A stretch of DNA of 57,197 nt from Candidatus Hydrogenedentota bacterium (GTDB lineage: Bacteria; Hydrogenedentota; Hydrogenedentia; Hydrogenedentales; SLHB01), in assembly GCA_045863335.1 (NCBI GenBank), contig BTVY01000048.1, forward strand, positions 1,395-58,591. Reading direction: 5' to 3'. Numbering within the stretch: the first letter of the stretch is position 1; every line of letters starts with the position of its first letter. Made by a program: the position numbers and the translations under genes. A model generated the notes under the pieces. That model saw only the letters and a list, made by a program, of their open reading frames with translations. It had not been told where the DNA came from and searched no databases. Shown here piece by piece: positions 1-9,699 of the stretch.

Positions 1-112
1 TGCGGAATGCGGAATGCGGAATGCGGAATGCGGAATGCGGAATGCGGAATGCGGAATGCGGAATGCGGAATGCGGAATGCGGAATGCGGAATGCGGAATG
101 CGGATTGCGGAT
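1..112. repeat. Heptamer tandem repeat (TGCGGAA)14 followed by (TGCGGAT)2, running off the window start
   Basis: Counted directly: 14 exact copies at 1-98 and two variants at 99-112. An inverted degenerate run (CAATCCG)n lies at about 335-366. Confidence 0.97.
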
Positions 113-149
113 TGCCGGGAGTGCTTACTCCCGAGTGGCAATCGCGCCC

Positions 150-272
150 CAAGGAGCATGGGCGTCCCGCCCGTGTTCTTAGGTCCGGGACGCCGCAGTC
201 CTCCTACCCCGAATTTCACTCTCAACCACTGCCCGGAGCCAAAATCCACGGGCGAGACGCCAGTGCCCCTTG
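150..272. repeat. REP-like inverted doublet, family B (CAAGGAG-CAYGGGCGTCYCGCCCRTG)
   Basis: 150-175 and 247-272 are inverted copies. Single copies with the same CAAGGAG flank occur at 3455-3480, 33726-33752 and 50640-50665. Confidence 0.8.
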
Positions 273-443
273 AGTCCCCGCGCTTTGCCATGGCGCATTT
301 AAATCGCCCACCACCACGCTTCCGCCGACTCTTCCAATCCGCAATCCGCAATCCGAAATCCACAATTTTTCTTGCCTTCTCCCCGCAGTTCCGCTACTAT
401 AACCCTATAACCGCGAGTCCAACCCAAGAGGGACCGCCCGACC

Positions 444-1466
444 ATGGAATCGCAACGCCTCGACCTCGGCAGCGGCCGCTGGATCGCCATCGAAGACGAC
501 CGGTTCCTGTATGTCCGCCGGTATGGACGGCATCGGCTCGACATCGCGACGGCGCCGGTGGAAGTCATGGGTCGCGGACCAATCGGCGAAGAGCCGCTCC
601 TCGCGAGCATAAGTTCACGCATCGAGGTTGCGCTAATGCTGCTCCTCGGTTTCACATTGGGCGGTTTTGCGATTCAACTGGTCGCGTGGCAGATCGGAAA
701 CGCGCGCTTTCCATGGGCGTTGGCGTTCGCCATCGCGGCAGTGGTCATCGTGCTTTGGCGGATGTTTCGCCCGGGTTCCAGGCTGGTGACGCGGGGGACG
801 CGGATTCATTGGACTACCGATGCGGAGTCCAGTCTGTTTGTTCCACATGCGCCGCAAGAATGTCCGGAACTGGAAAGCATCCTCACGCAATTGCCCGAGC
901 GGGTGCCGCTTTCAAACATGACGCGATTCAGTTTTCGCTCGCCCCTGAGAGTAATCGTAGCGCACAGCACATTACCGGGTGTGATGTTCGGGCTGATTGT
1001 CGGGACCTGGGCTGTTGTTGGCTGGAATCACTTTCCGGTCGGCTCATTTGGAATTGCTGTGTTCTGGTCGATACCAATGATATGCCACGCAATCGATGCG
1101 GTGACGATGCCGCGCCAACTGCGGGAAGCTTCCTCCGCGCTAATAGACGGTGATCTCGATTCGGCATCGCTCTTGTTGGGGCAGGTGCTCAACGCTTCGC
1201 CCCTCCGTTGGTACGCCAATTACTGCCAGGTGGGTTTGTCCCTGCTTACAGGCGACTTCCGTATGGCCGCGAGCAGTGTGCGCAAGGCGAAACGGTCCCG
1301 ATTTGCGACGGTCCTCAACGGCTCTTACCCAGTCTTGCCGCAAGATTGGGAATTGGAGGGACAGGCCAATCTTCTTGACCAGCAACGAATAGGCACCCTT
1401 GATGCGCAGACGGCGAGCCGTATCCGGGGAAAGGCATTTATGGACTATGCACAACCAGCGCATTGA
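444..1466 (+). CDS. Hypothetical membrane protein with C-terminal TPR-like helices (paralog 1)
   Basis: About four hydrophobic segments; clear N- and C-terminal similarity to the next ORF. Confidence 0.75.
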   Translation: MESQRLDLGSGRWIAIEDDRFLYVRRYGRHRLDIATAPVEVMGRGPIGEEPLLASISSRIEVALMLLLGFTLGGFAIQLVAWQIGNARFPWALAFAIAAVVIVLWRMFRPGSRLVTRGTRIHWTTDAESSLFVPHAPQECPELESILTQLPERVPLSNMTRFSFRSPLRVIVAHSTLPGVMFGLIVGTWAVVGWNHFPVGSFGIAVFWSIPMICHAIDAVTMPRQLREASSALIDGDLDSASLLLGQVLNASPLRWYANYCQVGLSLLTGDFRMAASSVRKAKRSRFATVLNGSYPVLPQDWELEGQANLLDQQRIGTLDAQTASRIRGKAFMDYAQPAH

Positions 1467-2493
1467 CATCGACAAGCACCGGTGGATGGCGGTTCGGGAC
1501 GGGATCTTTATCTACGTCAAGACCTATCGGCGGTGGTCCATGGACATCGTCGTCGCGCCGGTGGAGCGGGTGTCGGTGTTGCGGCGGTCGGCGTTGCCGG
1601 TGATCCGGTCGATCCCGTTTGTGTCGTACGCGGCCCTCTTCGGCGCGCCGGTGTTTGCGATTTGCGCCCTGGTGATGTTGGGGACGCACCGGGACGCGCC
1701 GTTATACGCATTGGGGATGGCCGTGGTGTGTTCGCTCGCGCTGACCACCGTCTTCGCCGTCGCGATGCTCCTGTTCGGCCGCATCAAAGGGCGCCGCGAG
1801 ACCCTGCTCTACGTGTCCGGCAACGTCTACTCGCCCATGATCCGGTTCAAACACACGGAAGGCGGCAACCCAACCCTGGAGGCCTTCCTCGACACCCTCC
1901 CCGCCGGAAGCGCCGCCTCACCCGGCAACGTGCCCCTCGGCGAGTGGTACCGGTTACCCTCGCGCGCGCGGAGTGTTCTCGTGTCGTTGTATTGGCCGAT
2001 GTACACGTATGTTTTTTGGCCGCGCCAGCCCATCGAGGGCGAGATATCAAACATGCTCGCTTGGGGGGTGGTGGTGTTGCTGCTGGGCGGTTATCTGGTG
2101 TTCCTCGGCCTGCTTCTGTGGTTCTACTTCCGCAACCCCAGGGCCACGAAAGAAGCGCGGGCCGCCTTATTCGACGGCGACTACGATGCGGGAGCGACGA
2201 TTCTACGCGGCGTAATCGAGAAGACGCCGGGCCAACCCTACGCGAACTACCTCCTCCTCGCAGAGTCATTGGTCCGAGGCGATCTCGAACACGCCGCAAC
2301 CTGCGCTGACGTGGTCGAGAAGTCCCGCATCCGGCAGTTCGTGGCGCCGCCCGTGTTCGGGATTACGGTGCATTCGCCCGTCGCGGAGAAGCTGCGAGAC
2401 CTGGAGCGGTACCAAAGGGAGAAGCGTTCGGGGAATGACTCGGCAGAGACCGCTGAATCCGGCACCGCAATTACCCCGTTGTCTCAAACGTGA
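1447..2493 (+). CDS. Hypothetical membrane protein with C-terminal TPR-like helices (paralog 2)
   Basis: Start moved to ATG 1447 because MHNQRIDIDKHRW aligns with MESQRLDLGSGRW of paralog 1; overlaps the upstream stop. Confidence 0.75.
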   Translation: MHNQRIDIDKHRWMAVRDGIFIYVKTYRRWSMDIVVAPVERVSVLRRSALPVIRSIPFVSYAALFGAPVFAICALVMLGTHRDAPLYALGMAVVCSLALTTVFAVAMLLFGRIKGRRETLLYVSGNVYSPMIRFKHTEGGNPTLEAFLDTLPAGSAASPGNVPLGEWYRLPSRARSVLVSLYWPMYTYVFWPRQPIEGEISNMLAWGVVVLLLGGYLVFLGLLLWFYFRNPRATKEARAALFDGDYDAGATILRGVIEKTPGQPYANYLLLAESLVRGDLEHAATCADVVEKSRIRQFVAPPVFGITVHSPVAEKLRDLERYQREKRSGNDSAETAESGTAITPLSQT

Positions 2494-2547
2494 ATGTTGA
2501 GAAATGGGTAATTGTTTAGCCGATTGGCAGAGCGTTTTCCAGGTCCT

Positions 2548-2673
2548 ACCGTCACCCCCGCGCAGGCGGGGGTCCATCTTTGCTGGCGGTGTGGGCAACG
2601 CGCGGCTGCGGGCCGGTTGTCCGTGGCGCTTGGTTAACCGAAGATGGGTCCCCGCCTGCGCGGGGATGACGGT
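2548..2673. repeat. REP doublet, family A (ACCGTCATCCCCGCGCAGGCGGGGACCCATCTT)
   Basis: Inverted 33-bp palindromic copies at 2548-2580 and 2641-2673. Confidence 0.9.
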
Positions 2674-2837
2674 GTGGAGAGATGACGCAGGTCTCGGCGT
2701 TTGGATGACTGCCACACCATTCGGCCAAACAGTTACAAAAATGGCGAATCGCGCGAAACAGTTCGCGTCCACCGATTTCACCAATTTGCATCGACGATGA
2801 ACGCGCACGCGCAAGTGGCTTCAGCAATCATCGTATC

Positions 2838-2940
2838 GGCCTGAAAGGCCCTAAACAGGATAGCCCGGGGCAGACCACGCCCGTGGCGTGGCCCGGGAAA
2901 ACGAATGCCCCAACGACCAAGCGCTGAAAGTGCGTAACAG
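2838..2940 (+). repeat. Left arm of a ~100-bp inverted repeat flanking the small ORF
   Basis: Similar to the reverse complement of 3280-3379 (CTGAAAG..AGCCCRGGGCAGACCACGCC..GGCGTGGCCYGGG..AGCGCTGAARGTGCG). Confidence 0.85.
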
Positions 2941-2970
2941 AGTCATGAGTGCGATCGGGTTTGAGGACAA

Positions 2971-3264
2971 ATGAACCTCATCGACAATCCATTGGACCTC
3001 AGCAAGATTCCGTCCGAAATCGCACTTGTCCTCCTTGGCGTTTTTCTCATTACGATATTCTTTGCCGGGGCCGTCGATAAACCGCGATGGGTGATGACAT
3101 TTGTGAACAGAGCCTACCGCTTTCTACATGGGACGCGCTGGGTAACGGCCGAGCGTTCGGAGCAGTATCGCAGAGGGCAGCTTCGAGTGGTTGCGATCGT
3201 CATTGGCGGTATAGTTTTGCTTATCTACACTGGGTGGTTGTTGAGCACCTTTGCCTTCAGGTGA
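2971..3264 (+). CDS. Small two-TM hypothetical membrane protein
   Basis: GAGGA RBS before the ATG; two hydrophobic helices around a basic loop. Confidence 0.7.
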   Translation: MNLIDNPLDLSKIPSEIALVLLGVFLITIFFAGAVDKPRWVMTFVNRAYRFLHGTRWVTAERSEQYRRGQLRVVAIVIGGIVLLIYTGWLLSTFAFR

Positions 3265-3279
3265 AGCAATCGACGCCAC

Positions 3280-3379
3280 CTGTTTCGCACCTTCAGCGCT
3301 CAATCCGTGGTGCCGCAGAACCCAGGCCACGCCGCAGGCGTGGTCTGCCCTGGGCTGATGTGTTTGGGACTTTCAGTCC
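3280..3379 (-). repeat. Right arm of the ~100-bp inverted repeat
   Basis: Inverted match to 2838-2940. Confidence 0.85.
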
Positions 3380-3545
3380 CGAAGAAGACAGTGTGTGGTG
3401 GGCCGCATCTTCATCTGCGATTATCTGCGTGTTCTGCGGGGAAACTCCTTGATAAACGGGCGGGACGCCCATTCTCCTTGTCGCACTCATTCTTGAATCT
3501 TAAATCGGTGAGAATCGGTGCAATCGGTGGACGAAAGGTCTTCCC

Positions 3546-5648
3546 TCAGAAGCGCGCGAGGAAGGTGAACCCGAAGCGCAGGCCCACGACGAGTTCAAAC
3601 AACAGCAGCCGTGGGATGGGGGAGAGGTTCAGCGTGAGGATGCGGCCGGTCTTGATCCGTTGCCAGCAGTCTTGACGGTACGCGTTGAAGCGGCGGCGCT
3701 GGGCGACGTAGCGGATGGCGAGTTCTTCGTAGCCCGCGAGAAGGCTTTCGCCCACGTAGCGTTCCGCCTGGATGATCTGCTGCCAGGTGGGCGTGGGCAC
3801 GTCGATGGACCGGATGTACGCGTCGATTTCAGTGACCTTGCCGCGGATGCGCCGGCGGGCGCGGTGGCTCAAGGTGCGGCGCCGTTCGCTCAAGGCGGTC
3901 AGGCGTTCCGACGCGGTCTGCAACATGCCGCGCAGTTCAGCGACTGCCGCATCGCGACTCCCGGCCATATCGAACTCCGACACCCGCGCGCGCGTCTCGC
4001 CCCAACGCGTCCGCAAATCCGCCAGCGTCTTCCATCGAGGATCGTCCTGCTTGCGCGTGAGCATCCAGATTTCCTGGAACTCGTAGAACAACCGGACGAG
4101 CAAGCGCGCGAATGCGTGCCAGTCTTTCAAGCGCCGCAGCGCATAGCGCGGCACGCTTTCCCGCGGAAACTCCGGACGCCGATCTTTGCGCGCCTTCAGC
4201 CGCACCCAACCGGTGACCATGGGGTGACTGCCCTGCAACGACGCGTACCGGTTCCACAACAAGAGCCAGAACACCTGCCAGTATTTGTCCGCAGGGACCC
4301 GCAGGAGCACGTTGACCACGTTCTCCTTGTCGTAAAACGCGTCCCAGGCTTCGCGGTACAGCGCGTACCAACCACCCGGCGCGAGTTGGCCGTGCCGGAA
4401 GGTTTCGTGGAAGCTATCAAAATTGTTGAGGTCGGCGTCGATGGGCACGTGGTTGACGACCATGTCGTGATGATCCCGCGACCCCGGCAAGGGCGTCAGC
4501 ATGAAGAACGACGCCTCGTCGACCTTGATTTCGTCCTTCAACACGGCAATGTCGCGCCGCACCGACGCCACCGTGTCGTGGGGGAACCCGATGATGTAGC
4601 CGACGTGCACGAGGATCTCCGCTGCGTGCCATGTCGCCACCATCTCCGCGAATTCGCCGACCTTGTTCTGCCGTTTGCCCGCCGCGGCGAGGTTTGCGGG
4701 ATTGATTGATTCCATACCCACGAAAACGAGGTAACAGCCCGCCGCTTTCGCTTTCTGGAGGAAACCAGGGATCTTCCAGGCCTGCGTGTCCACCTGCATC
4801 ATGAACCGCACCGGCCTGCCCGCTTCGCGCATCTTCGCGAGACCCGCGAACACGTCTTCCCACACGGGACTCCGCGCGAGGTTGTCGTCGGTGAAGAAAT
4901 AGATGTTAATCCCGCGATCGTAGTTGGACTCGATGCTGCGCAGGATCGCTTCGGCGGAACGGCAGCGCATCTTCCGTCCCTGTACGTTGATGATCGTGCA
5001 GAAGGAACAATTGAACAGACAGCCCCGGCTCGTGTCGACCGTGCCCATGTTCTTGAACACGAAACGCCGCAGGTATTCGTTGTCCGGTTGCGGCACCGCC
5101 GCATCGCGAATGTCCGGCGGCGGGGTGATGTCGTACAACGGCTTCAGCTCGCCCGCGATCGCGTCGCGCAGAATGCCGGCCAGCACCCCCGGCGCTTCCG
5201 CTTCGCCCCGCACCAGCGTCACGCCGCGATCCATGACGTACTGCAACTCCGGCGACGGCGCATCGAACATGGAAAGAATGCCGCTGACGTGAAAGCCCCC
5301 GATCATGACGGGGATGCCTTCGGCGCGAAGTTGCAGGGCAAGGTCTCGCGCGCGCGGGAACTGATTGCTCTGCACGCCGGCAAACCCGACGAGCACTTGC
5401 GTCGCGCCGCGACGGTGTTCGCGGAGAATGCGCCGGAGGGGAAGGCGTTGCACGGTTTCGTCGTAGATGTCGACCGATACGTCCACGTCGGAACCCAATT
5501 CGCCCGAACGCGCGAGGTCAAGCGTGAGACTTTTCAAACAGGCAAGGGTGTTGGACGGCAGAACGCCGCGCCAGTAACGGCGCACGTAACCGTCATCGTC
5601 GTACCGCGACGGAAGGATGTAGATGACATGTAGCTTTCGCGTTTCCAC
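3546..5648 (-). CDS. Cobalamin-binding-domain radical SAM protein
   Basis: SRGCLFNCSFC (CxxxCxxC), N-terminal IGGFHVS B12-binding-like region, FFTDDN, GMES and TPLPGS motifs. Confidence 0.9.
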   Translation of the reverse strand: METRKLHVIYILPSRYDDDGYVRRYWRGVLPSNTLACLKSLTLDLARSGELGSDVDVSVDIYDETVQRLPLRRILREHRRGATQVLVGFAGVQSNQFPRARDLALQLRAEGIPVMIGGFHVSGILSMFDAPSPELQYVMDRGVTLVRGEAEAPGVLAGILRDAIAGELKPLYDITPPPDIRDAAVPQPDNEYLRRFVFKNMGTVDTSRGCLFNCSFCTIINVQGRKMRCRSAEAILRSIESNYDRGINIYFFTDDNLARSPVWEDVFAGLAKMREAGRPVRFMMQVDTQAWKIPGFLQKAKAAGCYLVFVGMESINPANLAAAGKRQNKVGEFAEMVATWHAAEILVHVGYIIGFPHDTVASVRRDIAVLKDEIKVDEASFFMLTPLPGSRDHHDMVVNHVPIDADLNNFDSFHETFRHGQLAPGGWYALYREAWDAFYDKENVVNVLLRVPADKYWQVFWLLLWNRYASLQGSHPMVTGWVRLKARKDRRPEFPRESVPRYALRRLKDWHAFARLLVRLFYEFQEIWMLTRKQDDPRWKTLADLRTRWGETRARVSEFDMAGSRDAAVAELRGMLQTASERLTALSERRRTLSHRARRRIRGKVTEIDAYIRSIDVPTPTWQQIIQAERYVGESLLAGYEELAIRYVAQRRRFNAYRQDCWQRIKTGRILTLNLSPIPRLLLFELVVGLRFGFTFLARF

Positions 5649-5757
5649 TGCACCTGTTCCCCCGACCAGGACCGGGATTCAGTGTATCACGGGTGGGCAG
5701 GGAATGCGAGAGGGGCAAGTGCATCGGGAGTCATTGCAGGAGCGGCCTGTTAACACG

Positions 5758-5947
5758 AAGATGGGTCCCCGCCTGCGCGGGGATGACGGTCTTGGGATTA
5801 GCTCGCAAGTTTACCCCGAACCACCGGGTTCACGTTTCCCCATGGTTTTTCTGTTTCACTATGTGTATCCGCTTGTGCTGCAGTACGCAGCCCGAGCCAT
5901 CGCGCAACACCAGAACCGTCATCCCCGCGCAGGCGGGGACCCATCTT
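5758..5947. repeat. REP doublet, family A
   Basis: Copies at 5758-5790 and 5915-5947 are near-identical to 2641-2673 and 2548-2580. Confidence 0.9.
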
Positions 5948-8900
5948 CACCAACGGATCCGATACCGTCCGACGCCGCGTCTGCCCACGGTAAACGCGAT
6001 GCGCCCGTCCCGCAGATCGTACGGGACGCTTCCGATTTCCTCCTGCGTCCCCGTGGCGAGGGCCGTCACCCGCACGCCCTCCGCCGACGCAGGCGCTCCC
6101 GGCATCAGCCGCGCCAGATCGATGGCTACGGTAAACGCCTTCTCTCTCGGATAGGGAAACACGACCAACTCGCGCTCGCCCTTGTTCACTTTGACCGACC
6201 CTTCCGTCGCGAGTGCGCCAAAATCGATCCACGTGTCCCGTGGGTTCAAATGAGCGTCGAAGTCCGCTCTCATCACCTCGTCCGAGTCCCTCTGCGCGTC
6301 AATGGCACCAAGCCGGACATTCGTAATCTCTTCGCCGTTTCGCTCCACGAGCAACTTGCCGATTAGGACTCGATGGCCGCTCGTAGCGATTCCCTTCAAC
6401 GGCACCCGCTCGCCTTCCTTGTGCAAGCCGATGGTGATGTTGTACTCCGCGATGGGCTCCGCGGAGATAACTGCTTCGTAAGGTCCATCGACCACCGTTT
6501 CTCCCGCGCTCCATTCGGTCGTCGGTTTGGGTAGCCCGTGGTCCTGTTGGAAAGCAATCGAATCGGCCGTGGCAATCAGCGGCGTCGTGAAATGAACGAA
6601 GCAGACGTAGTCCTCGTCCAAGGTGTCATTCACGTCCCATGCGTAACTTAACCGGATCCGATTTCCGCCCAGCCACTCGAACGACTCAAGCCTCGGCTCG
6701 ATATCCTTTTCCCGATTCAGGTAGGGCATGTGGAACGATGTCCGCGCATCGCAGAACACATACTCCGGACATTCCGCGTAGTCGGCGAACCGCCCATCAC
6801 GCAGGACCGTCTCCACGACGGTATCCGGCCCCAGTGCCAGCACGCCCCACTGCGGCAGCAAACGGCCTTCGACGTGCCACGGCGCCTTGTCCCAGTTCAC
6901 CCAAACCGTCAGGCCCGAATCGTAGGCGATCCGCTGCCGCGTGCGTCGTCCCGCGACCAATGCCACGCTCGCGGGCGCCAACTGCCCGTCCACTTCGTAC
7001 AGGATGCTCGTGGCCTTGGCCGTATTTGCAAGCCGCTGAATCGGGTGCATCATGTGATGCTCCTTGGCCACCCACTGCACGTTGTCCGTTTGCGCTGCGC
7101 CGATGAAACCCGCATGCCCGTATGCGATTTCCTGCGCGCGGTACTTGTCGTTCTGCTCCACCGAGCCCGTGTCGTATCCCCACTGATGGTCGTAACCGCG
7201 CCGGAACCAGCGCTCGTAGTAACCCATCCCATGGTTCACCATCTGTGGATGCAGCTTGAGCAGATCGAAATCGAGAAACGCGTCATGATCTTCGCCGCCG
7301 GACACCTGCGCTTCCGTACCGTCCACCAGCCCGGCCCAGTAGAAGTGATTGTTGCCCTCGCCGAACAGCGGCCCGCCATGCGTGTCGCGTTCGTACTGAA
7401 ACAACTCCTTCTCTTTCGCGATCTTGATGGCCATCATCGCCGCCATGGGTTCCGCCGCGTCGTGGTCGAGCTGATGCCAGGGATGCACGCAGGTATGCAC
7501 GTCGAGATACGCCGCGTTCGTGCCGTAGCGCTCATGAATGATTGGTGAGTTCTGCTTGGCGAATCCGAGTTCCCGCGTGCACTTGATGCCGAAGGCCTGC
7601 ACGCCGGTCCCCGCATTATACCAACCCAGCGACGGAGACCCATCCGGCAAAAGCGGCCGCGCGGAGGGATCGTACGAAGGCGCGTCGGGATACATGTCGA
7701 TGTAGTTTTCGTGCAACGACCACACATACCCGCACTCGTTCGCGGCCTTGCCGAATTCAATCATCCCTTCATCGCCGCCGAACTGGGGATTCGCCGGAAT
7801 GTGATCCGGCAATTTCACGTCGTATCCGTAGCGCTGCCACACATGCGAGATAATCGCGAGGTGATCGACGCCGTTGTCCTTCAGGTCCCGCAGATTCTCC
7901 GCGTCGCCCGCGTAGGTGCCATCGCGGTGTTGCCAGATATCCAACATGATCCGCGGTCCGAGTAGCTCGAGATACGGCGAAGCGGGGTGGGGGATGTTCG
8001 GCAATACTTCGTTCACATTCGGCGACACCGCGATGTAGCCAAACTCCTTCAATGGATTCCGCGTGTCATCGGTCTTGGGCGCATACGTCGCCTCCCCCTG
8101 CGGACACGCCGAGGCGTGCGACTCCGTCCAATCCAGGTATCGGGAAACAAAGGCTAACTGCGCGGGAAGGAAGTTGACGGATCCGTTCAGATAAGGCACC
8201 TGAAACGTCTTGCGCAGCGGTGTATCGCCCTCGTGACCCAACGACAGCCCGCCCAATAGGGGTTGCGCGCATTCCGCAGCGATGGTCAACGCCTTCCCGC
8301 GAATGCCAAAGCGCCATGTAACGCTGACAACCTCGTCATCAAAGGCATAGTCCCAGACCACCCGCAGCGATTTGTCGCTCGCCTGCATTGCAATCGACTG
8401 GAGTGTGCCGCCGCTTAACCGTTCGAATTCTTCACGCCTATCGACGCGACGCACTCCCGTCACACCGCCGCCGAATGCGGGCCGGAACGCCGGCTTGTCG
8501 TCGATCACAACGGAGAAATCATCGAGTGTGCCCGTTTCGGGCGTATAGGTGTAAACAACATCGCAGTCCGCGCCGTGATAGCGAAATTCGTACGCCGATC
8601 CTCGCACATCGATCTCGTTTTCGAATTCCAGGAGGATTGACGGCACGACGCCCTTCGCAGCGTTATTCGACAAGGTAGCCAGACTGACGTCCCTCGTTGC
8701 GCGCAGCGCCTGGGAACTCAGCATGTCCTGCACAAGCGTGCCGGACCCTTCGCCGGTTCCGACAACAATCGCGGCGTCACCAAAATAGGAGTGGTCCCAT
8801 CCCGGATTGTCCGCGGGGCCGGGTTCGACCTGTAGCCGGAGCGTGATATCTCTCCCCGCGTACGGCGAAAGGTCTAACTCAAGATCCTTCCAACGCCCCA

Positions 8901-9354
8901 GCGCATAATGTTCATGGAGCAGTTCGTGCTCGGTATCACCATCGATGACATAACAGCCGAAGGTTACCCCGTCGCTCTTTTCCGGCTCGACCGATTCCGG
9001 TCGCATCGCAATGCTGAACCGTAACGTGATTGGCGTCTCCGTGGGAAGCCGCAACGGATACGCAATCCACGCTTTCCCCACAGGTACGCGCCACGGCGAA
9101 TGCAGCAGCATCGCCTCGCGTCCCAACAAGCGCTCACCCGGCGCGTACGAAACACCTGACACGGGATCGGACTGATTCGTCCAGCCCGGCGGCATGTCGA
9201 TGCGTTCGCCTCCGTACGATTGATACGAAACCTGGTAAAGTCCGATATCGCCGAGCGGTGTCTCGCCCTCCGGTATCGGCGCCCACGGGGGAGCAGAATT
9301 CGCCAAGAACGACAAAACAAACAATGCGAAAACACCGCCGCAAAATGACTTCAT
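5947..9354 (-). CDS. Large secreted glycoside hydrolase-like protein (DUF5696/GH129-GH101-like TIM barrel with accessory beta-domains)
   Basis: Signal peptide from ATG 9354 (AAGGGGG RBS); WQRYGYD..PD, HENYIDMYPDAP, YLDVH and FGEG motifs. Confidence 0.6.
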   Translation of the reverse strand: MKSFCGGVFALFVLSFLANSAPPWAPIPEGETPLGDIGLYQVSYQSYGGERIDMPPGWTNQSDPVSGVSYAPGERLLGREAMLLHSPWRVPVGKAWIAYPLRLPTETPITLRFSIAMRPESVEPEKSDGVTFGCYVIDGDTEHELLHEHYALGRWKDLELDLSPYAGRDITLRLQVEPGPADNPGWDHSYFGDAAIVVGTGEGSGTLVQDMLSSQALRATRDVSLATLSNNAAKGVVPSILLEFENEIDVRGSAYEFRYHGADCDVVYTYTPETGTLDDFSVVIDDKPAFRPAFGGGVTGVRRVDRREEFERLSGGTLQSIAMQASDKSLRVVWDYAFDDEVVSVTWRFGIRGKALTIAAECAQPLLGGLSLGHEGDTPLRKTFQVPYLNGSVNFLPAQLAFVSRYLDWTESHASACPQGEATYAPKTDDTRNPLKEFGYIAVSPNVNEVLPNIPHPASPYLELLGPRIMLDIWQHRDGTYAGDAENLRDLKDNGVDHLAIISHVWQRYGYDVKLPDHIPANPQFGGDEGMIEFGKAANECGYVWSLHENYIDMYPDAPSYDPSARPLLPDGSPSLGWYNAGTGVQAFGIKCTRELGFAKQNSPIIHERYGTNAAYLDVHTCVHPWHQLDHDAAEPMAAMMAIKIAKEKELFQYERDTHGGPLFGEGNNHFYWAGLVDGTEAQVSGGEDHDAFLDFDLLKLHPQMVNHGMGYYERWFRRGYDHQWGYDTGSVEQNDKYRAQEIAYGHAGFIGAAQTDNVQWVAKEHHMMHPIQRLANTAKATSILYEVDGQLAPASVALVAGRRTRQRIAYDSGLTVWVNWDKAPWHVEGRLLPQWGVLALGPDTVVETVLRDGRFADYAECPEYVFCDARTSFHMPYLNREKDIEPRLESFEWLGGNRIRLSYAWDVNDTLDEDYVCFVHFTTPLIATADSIAFQQDHGLPKPTTEWSAGETVVDGPYEAVISAEPIAEYNITIGLHKEGERVPLKGIATSGHRVLIGKLLVERNGEEITNVRLGAIDAQRDSDEVMRADFDAHLNPRDTWIDFGALATEGSVKVNKGERELVVFPYPREKAFTVAIDLARLMPGAPASAEGVRVTALATGTQEEIGSVPYDLRDGRIAFTVGRRGVGRYRIRW

Positions 9355-9444
9355 CGAGAATTCCCCCTTTTGGCCTGCGAGAGCCAACATCTATCAGCCT
9401 ACCCGACGCGGACATGGTAGTAAAGTGTCGGAGTTTCTTGAATT

Positions 9445-9612
9445 GCCGCAACAGAACACAAAGAACGCAAAAAGAAGGTGAACCCTCCTTTCGACTCCGC
9501 GCCATTGCAGTGAATTCTTAACGCAAAGACGCAATATCGCGAAGGCGCGAAGCAGATTCCCGGCAAACTAGGTTCCACTCTCTTTTCTGAGTTCTGTGCG
9601 TTCTTTTGCGGC
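9445..9612. repeat. Inverted pair of short-period degenerate repeats (GCCGCAACAGAACACAAAGAACGCAAAAAGA / TCTTTTCTGAGTTCTGTGCGTTCTTTTGCGGC)
   Basis: Seen directly in the divergent intergenic region. Confidence 0.65.
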
Positions 9613-9699
9613 CAATCGATTTCTTGTTCTACACACCCCGGACAGGATACTGTATCCCTTTATCGGCCAAACCAAAACGAACCGCAGCAAGCTACTTCC

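Noticed and set aside
1-112. Possible CRISPR array or telomere-like repeat
   Set aside because: There are no spacers and no cas genes; it is a simple heptamer repeat in a bacterial context.
7-1153. ORFs beginning with MRNAECG repeats
   Set aside because: They are translations of the 7-bp microsatellite; the real gene starts at 444 in another frame.
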